Made by a program: the position numbers and the translations under genes
Notes under the pieces: model-generated
The model's input: only the letters and a program-made list of their open reading frames with translations
What the model was told of the DNA's origin: nothing
Database searches by the model: none
Shown here: positions 38,757 through 47,583 of the stretch, one piece after another
Layout: each line of letters begins with the position of its first letter
How positions within the stretch are numbered: position 1 is the first letter of the stretch
Origin: an uncultured Acidobacteriota bacterium
Lineage (GTDB): Bacteria; Acidobacteriota; Thermoanaerobaculia; Gp7-AA8
Direction: 5' to 3'
NCBI GenBank assembly: GCA_963822445.1
Contig: CAWGHO010000002.1
Location: 384,001-448,000, forward strand
DNA length: 64,000 bases

Positions 38757-39088
38757 CCAACGATTCCTCGGACATCGACGTACTGGTCGCTCTCGATGTC
38801 GCTCCGATCGAGTAAATCTGCCTCGCAGAACGCCTGTGCCACGAGCAGTTCGCGAATGACTCGGGTCTCGTCCGCAACGATCGCGCGCAGGCGAAAATCC
38901 AGAAGCGCATTCGAAAACTGTCCGGCCAGATCGCGCAGGGAATCGCGCTCGTCGCGGGCCGCAAACTCGATCGCCAAACGACCCTCGCCGGCATGGCGAG
39001 GCTGCACGTGGCAGCGTGCCGTGAATGCATGACAGGCCCGCAACACCAGCTCGAGCGGATAGATCGCCAGATCGACGGTGATGGTCAC
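38753..39088 (-). CDS. hxsD: His-Xaa-Ser system protein HxsD
   Basis: GTG start overlapping the hxsA stop; IY....V..ACHAF, FSNALLDFRLR..V..ET..IRELLVAQAF; position between hxsA and hxsB. Confidence 0.88.
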   Translation of the reverse strand: MTITVDLAIYPLELVLRACHAFTARCHVQPRHAGEGRLAIEFAARDERDSLRDLAGQFSNALLDFRLRAIVADETRVIRELLVAQAFCEADLLDRSDIESDQYVDVRGIVG

Positions 39089-40125
39089 GGCTGACGCTCC
39101 ACGGTCACGTGGTCGAACGCCGCGGCCTCGGTGGCCGGCGCGGGGGTCACGGTGCCGGCGCTCAACGCGATGCGCATTTCCGTCAACGGGATGCCTGCTG
39201 TTTCGACGTACTGCGGAAACCAATTCCTCCCGTCGGTGCTCGTTTCCCACACCGCTACCGGGGCGGCCGCAGCAACCTTGCTCGTGCGCAGGCGAAGAAA
39301 CCGATGTGCCGTCGCGCTATAGGCGAGCTTCTTCGAGGCCACGCGACCCTTCGTGTGGCTTTCGATGGAGAGATGACCGCTCTCGACTCGGAAGCCGATC
39401 CAGTTCCCGGAATCGATCGCCGCCGCGAAGATTGTCACCGCCCCTCGTGCCGGACGCCGGAGCTCCACAGCAACACTGGACGTTTTCAAATCGAACGATT
39501 GCGTCGAGACATACCCGCTGAAATGCGAGCCTCGCTGCAGCACCGGCGGCGCAACTCTCAATACACTCCCCATCTGCTCTGTCGTCACGTTCGGATCGAA
39601 CGTCTCGAGAGGCGTTGCGAGGACGCCGATGGTCCACCGCTCCGCGACCCGCTCGGTGGTCGCGAATTCCTCACTCAGGAGCGTCTCCGCTTTCGGTTCA
39701 GGAGGCCGCGGTTCGACGACTTTCGGGCGCGGCGGTTCCGGGGCGGGCGTAGTGGGCGTGCTCCGAGGCGGCGCGGGCGACGAGGAAAAGTGCGAGGAGT
39801 GTGCGCCCGAATAATGCGAGCTGGAGCTGTGCGATCGATGGGAGCTGTGGGACCGATGAGAACTATGCGAGCGATGTTGCGCAAAGCGGATGACGAACGA
39901 GCTCTCCGCGCGCTCGAGCACGTACCTGCCCTTGAATTTCCGCACAGTGGCCTCAGGCGCCAGGGTCGGCGCCACAGGAACGCGCGGCTGCGCACCGGCG
40001 CCAGCGCCGGCCTGCGTGGCCATTCCAAGGAGGCTCGCGCTCAATGCCACGCGTGCCGTGAGCCGGCGCAACGGAAGCACATCGAGCAGTTTCCATAGAG
40101 CGTTCTTCCAATCCGAGTCCGACAT
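39085..40125 (-). CDS. hxsA: His-Xaa-Ser repeat protein (HxsA-type precursor) fused to a Pro-rich linker and a C-terminal ConA/lectin-like beta-sandwich
   Basis: AQHRSHSSHRSHSSHRSHSSSSHYSGAHSSHFSS (nine HxS triplets); hydrophobic N-terminal segment; C-terminal FLRLR...WETSTDGRNW...FDHV. Confidence 0.88.
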   Translation of the reverse strand: MSDSDWKNALWKLLDVLPLRRLTARVALSASLLGMATQAGAGAGAQPRVPVAPTLAPEATVRKFKGRYVLERAESSFVIRFAQHRSHSSHRSHSSHRSHSSSSHYSGAHSSHFSSSPAPPRSTPTTPAPEPPRPKVVEPRPPEPKAETLLSEEFATTERVAERWTIGVLATPLETFDPNVTTEQMGSVLRVAPPVLQRGSHFSGYVSTQSFDLKTSSVAVELRRPARGAVTIFAAAIDSGNWIGFRVESGHLSIESHTKGRVASKKLAYSATAHRFLRLRTSKVAAAAPVAVWETSTDGRNWFPQYVETAGIPLTEMRIALSAGTVTPAPATEAAAFDHVTVERQP

Positions 40126-40135
40126 ATGGCTCCCT

Positions 40136-41983
40136 TCACTGCGCGCGTCGTCGTTCGCTGCGCTCGATCGCAGCGACGTCGCGCGCCATTGCCACGCGCA
40201 ATGCGATCAACGGCGGCGTTCCCCAAACCTCCGCCGTCCGTTCCCATGAAACGAGGATCTCTTCGGCCGTGAGCTCGCTTCGAAAGCGACTTCGGAGATC
40301 CCGCTCCCGTCTCGCCGACGCGGCGGCACTCAGACCGGCGGCGTGGATGGCATCCGTCACCGTTTGCCATTCGGAAGATGAAACGCCGAGGCTCTGCGCC
40401 GCGATGACCGAGTCGGCGGCTTCGGACCAATGCTTTCGCGCAAGTTTTTGCCGCGCCAGCGGAATGTGGACGGCGGCCGAAACGGCGGCACTTTCCGGTT
40501 TTCCGCGTGCACGGGCGCTGAGCAGGCGGAGCGCGTCAGAGCCATCGGTCCAGCGTTGCGCGGACGCCGCTTCACGCGCCTTGGTGAGGATCAGTTGATC
40601 GATCGCATCCGTCGCCTCTCCGTACTGCGGAAGCTCGCGTGGAATCTGAGCGAGAGCGGTCCGCGCCGCCTCGAGCTCGGTGGCCTGCCGAATTCGGGCG
40701 AGCCGCAAATCGGCCCAGGAACGCCGCCCTGCACTGCCGCCCAGCGATTGCAGCTCCGACTCGGCATCGTCGAGCTTTCCCGCCGCGATCAGCCCATCGG
40801 CGCGACCGACGCGCGGAAGAGCGGCGAACGCAAATGCGATGGCGACGATGAGGGTCACCGTGATGGCGATGAACCACTTCCGCGTTTCCAGTCGCGACGC
40901 CGTCCAATCCGCGCTCGCGCGGTAAATCGAAGCTAAAGCGGCGCCGAACGCTACGAGACTGGCGAGCGTCGCCATGCTCCAGAAAAATGGGCCGCGCGCG
41001 AGTGATACCAGCACGATCACGCCGTAGATGGCGACCAGGACCAGAAGCAGAGCACGCAGGTTCGCGGCACGAATCACGAACAGAGCAGCCGCGGCCTCCC
41101 GCGGCGCGGAAAGGCGGCGCCCCGCGAACGCGACGGAGTCCTTCGCGGCGCCCACGCGATAGTGCACGGTATGCGTCGGTACGCGCGCAATTCGGAGCCT
41201 CTGCCGCTGCACTCGCTCACCGGACATCAATACGGGCTCGAGCACCTCCAGCCATTGCAACGGGATGTCGCCGAGATCGCTTGCGGCGAGGACATGCGGA
41301 CGTTCGAGATCGGCGATCACATGTGCGTCGCGCTCGATGATTTCGTTCACGGGGTTCTCCATCCACCCGAAACGCGACGCGAGCTGCTGCGGATGAACCG
41401 TCGGGATCGAGCGACGCCACCATTCGAGCTCGAGCCAGCGCTGCACGCGCCCCTCGCCCGCACAGATCGCGCAGACCGCCACGCCGCGGCGGCACTCCGC
41501 GCAATCGACAGCACCCTTGCCACGACACGCCGTGCAATTGAGCAGACGCCACGCGCCGTTCGCGGTGTAGCCATACGCCTTGCGTTCCCCGCCGCATGCA
41601 CCGCAGGTTCGTTTTCCGCTTCCGTCGCATGCTGCGCAACGGGTTTTCCCTGCACCCGCGCATGGATCGCAAAGAGCGACGTGATCACTCTGCTTTCGAA
41701 GCGAGGGCGCGTCGGCCACCCATGCGTCGACTTCCTCGGCAACGATCGGAGGCGGAAGTGTGATGCGAGCCCTGCCGGCGGCCGGTACCGATTTCCAGAC
41801 CACACGTTGTCCCCGCAAGTCCGTCTCGATCAGACCGATGTAATCGTGCGTCACCGCCACGTGCTCGAGGAGCGAACGCACGTCGCGCGGAGCGCCGTCC
41901 TGCAGCGATGCCCAGTGAACGAAGGCATCGCCTGCCATCTGATTTTCGCCGGCGGACAGGGGCGTCATCCCTGGCATAGACAC
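40136..41983 (-). CDS. DnaJ-type Zn-finger (SSUH2-like) membrane protein with C-terminal TPR-like helices
   Basis: Six CxxC units, four as CxxCxGxG; three TM helices; helical C-terminus; no HPD J-domain motif; exact start uncertain. Confidence 0.8.
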   Translation of the reverse strand: MSMPGMTPLSAGENQMAGDAFVHWASLQDGAPRDVRSLLEHVAVTHDYIGLIETDLRGQRVVWKSVPAAGRARITLPPPIVAEEVDAWVADAPSLRKQSDHVALCDPCAGAGKTRCAACDGSGKRTCGACGGERKAYGYTANGAWRLLNCTACRGKGAVDCAECRRGVAVCAICAGEGRVQRWLELEWWRRSIPTVHPQQLASRFGWMENPVNEIIERDAHVIADLERPHVLAASDLGDIPLQWLEVLEPVLMSGERVQRQRLRIARVPTHTVHYRVGAAKDSVAFAGRRLSAPREAAAALFVIRAANLRALLLVLVAIYGVIVLVSLARGPFFWSMATLASLVAFGAALASIYRASADWTASRLETRKWFIAITVTLIVAIAFAFAALPRVGRADGLIAAGKLDDAESELQSLGGSAGRRSWADLRLARIRQATELEAARTALAQIPRELPQYGEATDAIDQLILTKAREAASAQRWTDGSDALRLLSARARGKPESAAVSAAVHIPLARQKLARKHWSEAADSVIAAQSLGVSSSEWQTVTDAIHAAGLSAAASARRERDLRSRFRSELTAEEILVSWERTAEVWGTPPLIALRVAMARDVAAIERSERRRAQ

Positions 41984-42010
41984 GGTTCCGATGGAATCGG
42001 CACCGTCGGA

Positions 42011-43229
42011 TCAGCGGCCGAATTTGAGGACCGGCGTCGTCCCCTCGGGCTCGCAGGTCTGTCGCTCCGCCAGTTCGACGCGGCCGGCGTCGTAGCGCAA
42101 ATTGGTCACGTTCCAGATGCGAAATGCGCAATCGGGGGAGGATTGAACGTCCGCACCTGACATCCCCGGGTGTAGACCTGCACCATTGCACCGGCGTCAG
42201 CGATCGTGCCGCTGCCTTGATAGACGTGAATGAAGTAGCGGAAGTCTCCCACCGCGTCGCCGCGCACCGTGAGTGTCTCGTAACGCCCGGGGTAGACCTC
42301 ATCGACATCGAGCCGGGCGAAGGTCCGACCGTTGGGCAACACGCCTTCCTTGTTCCGGAAATAGACAGTGTCGGCTGCCGGGAAGCGCGTTGCGTTCGAC
42401 TGCCAGAAATGCGTGTCGAGGTCACGTGGATCGTTGCGCCAGCCGAGAACGAAACGGGCGACTTCATCGTCCTTGAGGTCTGGAGAAAGAGGCAACGCCG
42501 CACGTGTAATCTTCCCGGGGCGCACTTCGAATTCACGTTCCGAGGGGCAGTACCCGGGCGCCTGCGCGGAGAAGCGATGCCGTCCCGGTGGCAAGTCGAC
42601 TGTGACGACGCGTCGCGGACTCGACGACAGAGAACGCGTACGATCCTTCACGATCGCGTCGACCGGCTCGGCCGCTCGCATGGCATTGAACGTTGCGATT
42701 TCCAGTCTGCCGAACGTCGGTTTCAGATCGACAGGAACGCGAACGCTCTGCAGCGCGGCCGCCTGCACCCGTGCGGTCCGCGGGTGGTAGCCGTCGAGAC
42801 GCGCCGTATAGCTGCCAGACCCGCTGTTGATGCGGCCGAGACGCGCAATGAACAGACCGCCGATGTGAGTGATCGGCACCGACATCGCCCGTCCGGTGGC
42901 GTCGTCCGTCACAGTGAGGCGGCGGGACGTGAGGTCGGCATCGAATACGCTGTCGCGCACCGCGAGATCGAGATACGCGGGCGGCGTCAGAAACCAGGGG
43001 ACGCTCAACAGGCCGAGCCCAGCCACGATCATCGAGCAGAGGAACGTGAGCGGTTTGCGCTCGTTCGGAATGGCTGCCATCGCAAATCCTAGCGTCGCCC
43101 CGATGACGGCGTCGAAGCGGCCGGCTTCACGAGCACGCGATGCGTCCACTGCAGGTCGATGAACGCAAAAAGCGTCAGCGCCAAACCAAAGAAGAAGAGC
43201 AGGAAGAGAAGGCGGGCCGCTCGGTTCAT
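42011..43229 (-). pseudogene. Membrane-anchored PEGA-like + YfaP/DUF2135-like protein, interrupted by two 1-nt frameshifts (real or assembly error)
   Basis: ATG 43229 (MNRAARLLFLLFFFGL) shifts frame near 43130 into the long ORF (LPPGRHRFSAQAPGY; RFVLGWRNDPRDLDTH; LDVD...ETLT); a second shift at the G5 run near 42144-42148 gives DCAFRIWNVTNL...KFGR* ending at 42011. Confidence 0.7.
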
Positions 43230-43231
43230 GA

Positions 43232-46200
43232 TCAGGCAACCTCCAACGGACTCTCGCACACCGAGCAACGTCCCCGCGGCTCGACGTTCGAATAGCAGAT
43301 CGAGCATTGCACGAGCGCCGCGATGGGAACGGGCATGGACTCGACGACGGTCGCCGTTCGCGACTCATCTTCCTGAGCCGCGACGCTGAGAATCGGCCCC
43401 TCGGCGATCGGCATCACTGGCCCGACCTTCGGGTCATACCCGCAATTGGGGCACGGATACTGATCCTCGTAACCACTCCAGGTGAAGCACTGCGGACAAT
43501 CGATCGTCTCGTCCTCACGCATCCGCAGGCCGCATTTCCAGCAGAGCTCGAGATCGTCGGGTACGCGCGATTCCTGGCAATGCGGACAGGCGACATGCGC
43601 GGCGATCATCTTCTGGCAATGGGTGCAGTGCACGGCGCGCCGATCGATCGGTTTCGCACACGACGGACAAGGACGATCGCCGAATTGCTTCTCGACCACG
43701 GCGACCGGAGCAGCAGGACGAAGAGGAGGCGTCACCACCTGCTCCCTGGCCGCGCTCTTGTCGATCCTGGTGATGTCGAGCGCGAAGATGTCGCGCCAGG
43801 CGATGGCCGTATGCACGACGGCGTCTTCCGTCCGCGTTGCGAACTTGCCCGCGGTCTTTGTATATGGCGCGAGCACATCGCGGTACTCCTCGTAGCTCAG
43901 GTCTTGCGCGAGATCCTTGTTAGTGAGCGTCCTGTATTGAGTGACGAACTGTTTCTGCTCGTCTGCCTCGCCCACGATCTGCGCCAGCCGCATGCGCGCT
44001 TGCGCCAGCACGGCATGCTCGGGCGAATACTGCATCATCGTCAGGTCGGGGATGCCGCTCTGATCGAGCTGGCGCGGCGGATAGACCTTCTTCAGGTAGA
44101 AGTCGAGGAGCAGCCGATAGACGGCGAGCTTTTTCTGTTCGCGCAGCATCTGGATGGTCTTCTCGATCTTCTGCAATAGGTACCGGCGATGCGTCAGGTG
44201 CTCGCTCCGCCGGTCGCGGTAGAGAAAGTCGACGGCATGGGCTTCACCGCCGAGGTTCACGTCTTCAGCAATCAGGTCGGTGAGATGCTGGTAGCTGAAG
44301 CGGAACGCCAACTGGTCTCCGTCCGACGGTAGAGGGTGCGTGGTCAGCAGTCCGAGCAGCCGTGCCAGCACGAACGCCGTCAGCGAATCGGCATACTGCT
44401 TCGCTTCGCCTGCCTGTTTCGGGATCAGATCCGCGAACTGAAAGCGGTTCTTGTCGGTGTGCAGCTCTTCTTTCTCGGCGAACGCGTTGTATGCCGCCCG
44501 CAGGCCGTGAGGGGCGGTGACGGAGCTGGGATAGAAGGCCGGAATGCCCGCCAGCTCGTGGTAGAAGACGATCGTGCCGCGGTGCTGCTCGCCGATGTTC
44601 TGATAGCTCGGCATGGTGTCACCGGGTGAACGGGCGCCGTCGACGAGGTGCTTGAATTCCGCGACTTTCTGCACGTTTCCGGCGTCGTCGAACCCGATCA
44701 GGCAGGGGCGCTGATCGGTGCTCACCGGCGCCAGCCCGGTGTGCTCCAGGCCGTGATCGCTCGGTGCGACCCACACCTTCGACAGGCGGTAGGCCTGCCG
44801 CACCATGTCGGTCCGCTCCCGCACGCTGAAACGGTTGCCGTCGAAGAGCATCGTCAAAGCGTCCGGTTGTCTCGGCTTCCGGACGATGAAGTCGCGGCAC
44901 TTGGACAGGATTTGTTCTTCGACTGTCTCCGAGGGCGTGCGCTGAATTTTCGCCAGCGCAGCGGTCACGCCGTCGACCTCGAAAACTTCGGCGAGGATCT
45001 GGCTGCCGACCATTTTCAGCGTCTGCGCTTCCGCGGCGGGCTCCCCGATCCAGGTCCGATACCACTCCTCCACGTCGCCATCGCGAAACAGGGTCAGCGT
45101 GAGCTCGGACTTCTCCGGTTTCGAGAAATAGGCATCCTTCTTCTGCAGATGCTCCTTGACGCGAGCGAAGCCAACCAGCAGCTCGTAATAACGGCCGAGC
45201 AGCCCGTCGCCGCCCTGGTGGTCGGGACCGAGGAACCGGTCGAGCTCATCGCAGATCTGCCGGCCGCGTTTGGCGATCTGCTTGCCGACACGCGCATGGA
45301 AATGGTTGTAGAAGACGCCGCGATCCTCGTCGCCATCGTCGGCCACGAGCTTTTCGTAATCGCGCTTGAGATCAGGCGAACGGAAGAGTAACTGTTCCTC
45401 GTGACGGGCCATGTCCAACTGCAACTGGTCGAGCGCGTAGGCGTAGTACTGCACGCGGTCACGCCATTGCGGAAGGCGTTCGTCGAAATAGTGCATGTAG
45501 CGGAAGTTCTCGTTGCGGAGAAGCGCCTTGAGCTCGCGGAGAAGCGAGAGCGTGTAATTGACGCCGTATTGAGGGTTGTCGGAGAGCTCGGCCGCTTTCG
45601 CTTCGATCCCGGTTTTCACCCGTTCCAGATACGTGCGCATGTTCGTGTCGAGGTGGCGCACGCCCATTCCCCACTCGTCGGGATTCTCGGAGTCTTCCCT
45701 GGCGAAGAACTGGTCGAGCTCCGCGCGGCGCTGGCTGAGAAGTGACGCTTTCTGACCGTTCGGCGTGTCCGCGAGCTCTGCGCGCAGGCTCTGAGCTTTC
45801 TGCCAGAGGTGACTCTCGAACGTGCGGCCACCGCCGGCATCGAAGACCGTCAGCGCATCTTCGATGTCGACATGCTCGATGATGCCCCCGCCGTCGCGGC
45901 GCTCATAACTGCCCTGCGCGCACTGCACGCGCTCGTCGGTCAGGAATTTGGTGAAGAGATGCTCGAGAGGATCGTCGACGATGCTCTTCTGCCAGTAATC
46001 GAGAATCTGCGAGGCCAGACGGCTCGCGCAGGCGGCCTGCACGCGCTCCGTCGGAAAGGAGATCGTGGCCAGGCCGAAGGAGCCGAAACGACAAGGGAAG
46101 GTATCGCCGACGATGTCTTTGTGCGTCGCGTCGCGGTCCTGGCGCAGCGCGACGTTGAGGAAGTTGTGCGTGTATACATTGAGATTGAACTGTTCGAGGT

Positions 46201-47182
46201 TGACGCGCGTCGCGCGCTTCATTCCGGCGAAGGCGCCGATCGAATAATCCTGGTACAGCACCTCGGCCACCATCCGATAGACGTCGAGCTCCTTGCCGCC
46301 CGAGCCGATGGCCAGTCCCGCTTCATTGCGTCCGTCGATCAGGTAGGTGCTGCTGAACGGCGGCGGCCCCATTTGCTCTTTTTGGTGGCCGGTCCAGTCG
46401 GCGGTGAACATGTGCGCGAACGTGTAATGGTTCAGCTCCATCAGTGCCGCGTAACCATTCGCGCGCACCCGCTCGGCGCCCGCGTAGGCGCTGAAGAAGC
46501 CGGGGAACAGCAGAATGCCGACGCGCTCCGCCGCAGGGAAATAGCGCCGGGCCAGAAACCCCGCGTCGAGAAAGGTCCCGCTGCCGGTTCCGCCGGCCAG
46601 CGAGGCGACGATGACCACCTTCATGTTCGAGGCGCTGAAGTCGAATCCGAATCGCGCCGCTTCGGCGAGGATGGCCGCGTCGGTCAGCTCGCGCCGGCAT
46701 TGCTCGAGCCGGCCGGTGATCTTCTGATGATTGGCGGCATCGAAGAATCCGAGACGGCTGGCGATGCGCACCTGGCCGGCCCCTTCGCGCAAATCGCCGA
46801 GGTGCGCGATTTTCCCGCCGGCCGGGAACCAGCGCTTGACGCTCGGAAAATTGTCGAGGTGCTCGACGTACTTTCCGGTACCTCCGGCGATGGTCAGATC
46901 GATGCGCTCGGTGTTGGAAAACTGCACTTCGCGATACAGAGGATCGTCGCTGCTGCGCAGGTCGTACTGCTCGGCCGCGGTCTGATTCTTGTCCGTATCG
47001 ATGTGCATGAAGCGGAGAAACGGCAGGCGCGACAGCGTGCCGTAACGCTCCACGATCTTGCGCCGCAGACGGAGCAGCACTTCCTTCCCCGTCCCGCCCA
47101 GGCCAATGAGCAGAGTCGGGCCGACCGGCTTGTCGTTGACCTGCGTCGAGGGAAGGCTGGTCTGCAGAAGTTCGAGGTTCAT
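43232..47182 (-). CDS. Tubulin/FtsZ-like GTPase (Tubulin_2/FtsZl1 type), 1316 aa, with long helical region and C-terminal Zn ribbons
   Basis: LIGLGGTG, IDTD, GAGQVR..SRLGF, ASLAGGTGSG, ANGYAALMEL; eight C-terminal CxxC motifs; RBS AAGGAG. Confidence 0.92.
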   Translation of the reverse strand: MNLELLQTSLPSTQVNDKPVGPTLLIGLGGTGKEVLLRLRRKIVERYGTLSRLPFLRFMHIDTDKNQTAAEQYDLRSSDDPLYREVQFSNTERIDLTIAGGTGKYVEHLDNFPSVKRWFPAGGKIAHLGDLREGAGQVRIASRLGFFDAANHQKITGRLEQCRRELTDAAILAEAARFGFDFSASNMKVVIVASLAGGTGSGTFLDAGFLARRYFPAAERVGILLFPGFFSAYAGAERVRANGYAALMELNHYTFAHMFTADWTGHQKEQMGPPPFSSTYLIDGRNEAGLAIGSGGKELDVYRMVAEVLYQDYSIGAFAGMKRATRVNLEQFNLNVYTHNFLNVALRQDRDATHKDIVGDTFPCRFGSFGLATISFPTERVQAACASRLASQILDYWQKSIVDDPLEHLFTKFLTDERVQCAQGSYERRDGGGIIEHVDIEDALTVFDAGGGRTFESHLWQKAQSLRAELADTPNGQKASLLSQRRAELDQFFAREDSENPDEWGMGVRHLDTNMRTYLERVKTGIEAKAAELSDNPQYGVNYTLSLLRELKALLRNENFRYMHYFDERLPQWRDRVQYYAYALDQLQLDMARHEEQLLFRSPDLKRDYEKLVADDGDEDRGVFYNHFHARVGKQIAKRGRQICDELDRFLGPDHQGGDGLLGRYYELLVGFARVKEHLQKKDAYFSKPEKSELTLTLFRDGDVEEWYRTWIGEPAAEAQTLKMVGSQILAEVFEVDGVTAALAKIQRTPSETVEEQILSKCRDFIVRKPRQPDALTMLFDGNRFSVRERTDMVRQAYRLSKVWVAPSDHGLEHTGLAPVSTDQRPCLIGFDDAGNVQKVAEFKHLVDGARSPGDTMPSYQNIGEQHRGTIVFYHELAGIPAFYPSSVTAPHGLRAAYNAFAEKEELHTDKNRFQFADLIPKQAGEAKQYADSLTAFVLARLLGLLTTHPLPSDGDQLAFRFSYQHLTDLIAEDVNLGGEAHAVDFLYRDRRSEHLTHRRYLLQKIEKTIQMLREQKKLAVYRLLLDFYLKKVYPPRQLDQSGIPDLTMMQYSPEHAVLAQARMRLAQIVGEADEQKQFVTQYRTLTNKDLAQDLSYEEYRDVLAPYTKTAGKFATRTEDAVVHTAIAWRDIFALDITRIDKSAAREQVVTPPLRPAAPVAVVEKQFGDRPCPSCAKPIDRRAVHCTHCQKMIAAHVACPHCQESRVPDDLELCWKCGLRMREDETIDCPQCFTWSGYEDQYPCPNCGYDPKVGPVMPIAEGPILSVAAQEDESRTATVVESMPVPIAALVQCSICYSNVEPRGRCSVCESPLEVA

Positions 47183-47194
47183 TCGTTTTCTCCT

Positions 47195-47566
47195 TTACGC
47201 GGGCACGCGGCGCATCAAAAGGACCGCGCCCGAGATCAGCCACCACACGGCGAGGAAAACGGCCGTCCACGGAAGCCACGCCCAATAGAAACCGATGTCG
47301 AGCACGACGTAGAACGACACGAAAATCCAGGTGAGGGAGTAAAGGAAGAAGAGGTTCCAGAAGATGGTCTTGCAGAATTCATCGCGGTAATACCGCCGAA
47401 AGAACGGATACACCGCCTTGTAGAGCACGACCCAGATCATGACGACGACCAGAAAGACCGCGGCGCCGCGCAACAGCAGGTTGTCGGATTCTTCGAACGC
47501 GCGCCCACTCTGGGCGGCGGCCGGCACCGCCACAATCAGCGACGACAGAGCATTACGGCATTTCAT
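47195..47566 (-). CDS. Small integral membrane protein (3-4 TM)
   Basis: AAAGGAG RBS then ATG 47566; strongly hydrophobic, aromatic-rich segments. Confidence 0.8.
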   Translation of the reverse strand: MKCRNALSSLIVAVPAAAQSGRAFEESDNLLLRGAAVFLVVVMIWVVLYKAVYPFFRRYYRDEFCKTIFWNLFFLYSLTWIFVSFYVVLDIGFYWAWLPWTAVFLAVWWLISGAVLLMRRVPA

Positions 47567-47583
47567 GAGCGACTCCTTTCGAT

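Noticed and set aside
39781-39876. Short periodic DNA repeats that could suggest a CRISPR array or VNTR
   Set aside because: They encode the HxS protein repeat with varied codons; no repeat-spacer structure and no cas genes anywhere in the window.
43232-47182. Calling the tubulin-like gene ftsZ
   Set aside because: 1316 aa, lacks the FtsZ GGGTGTG/NxDFAD pattern and has no dcw-cluster context.
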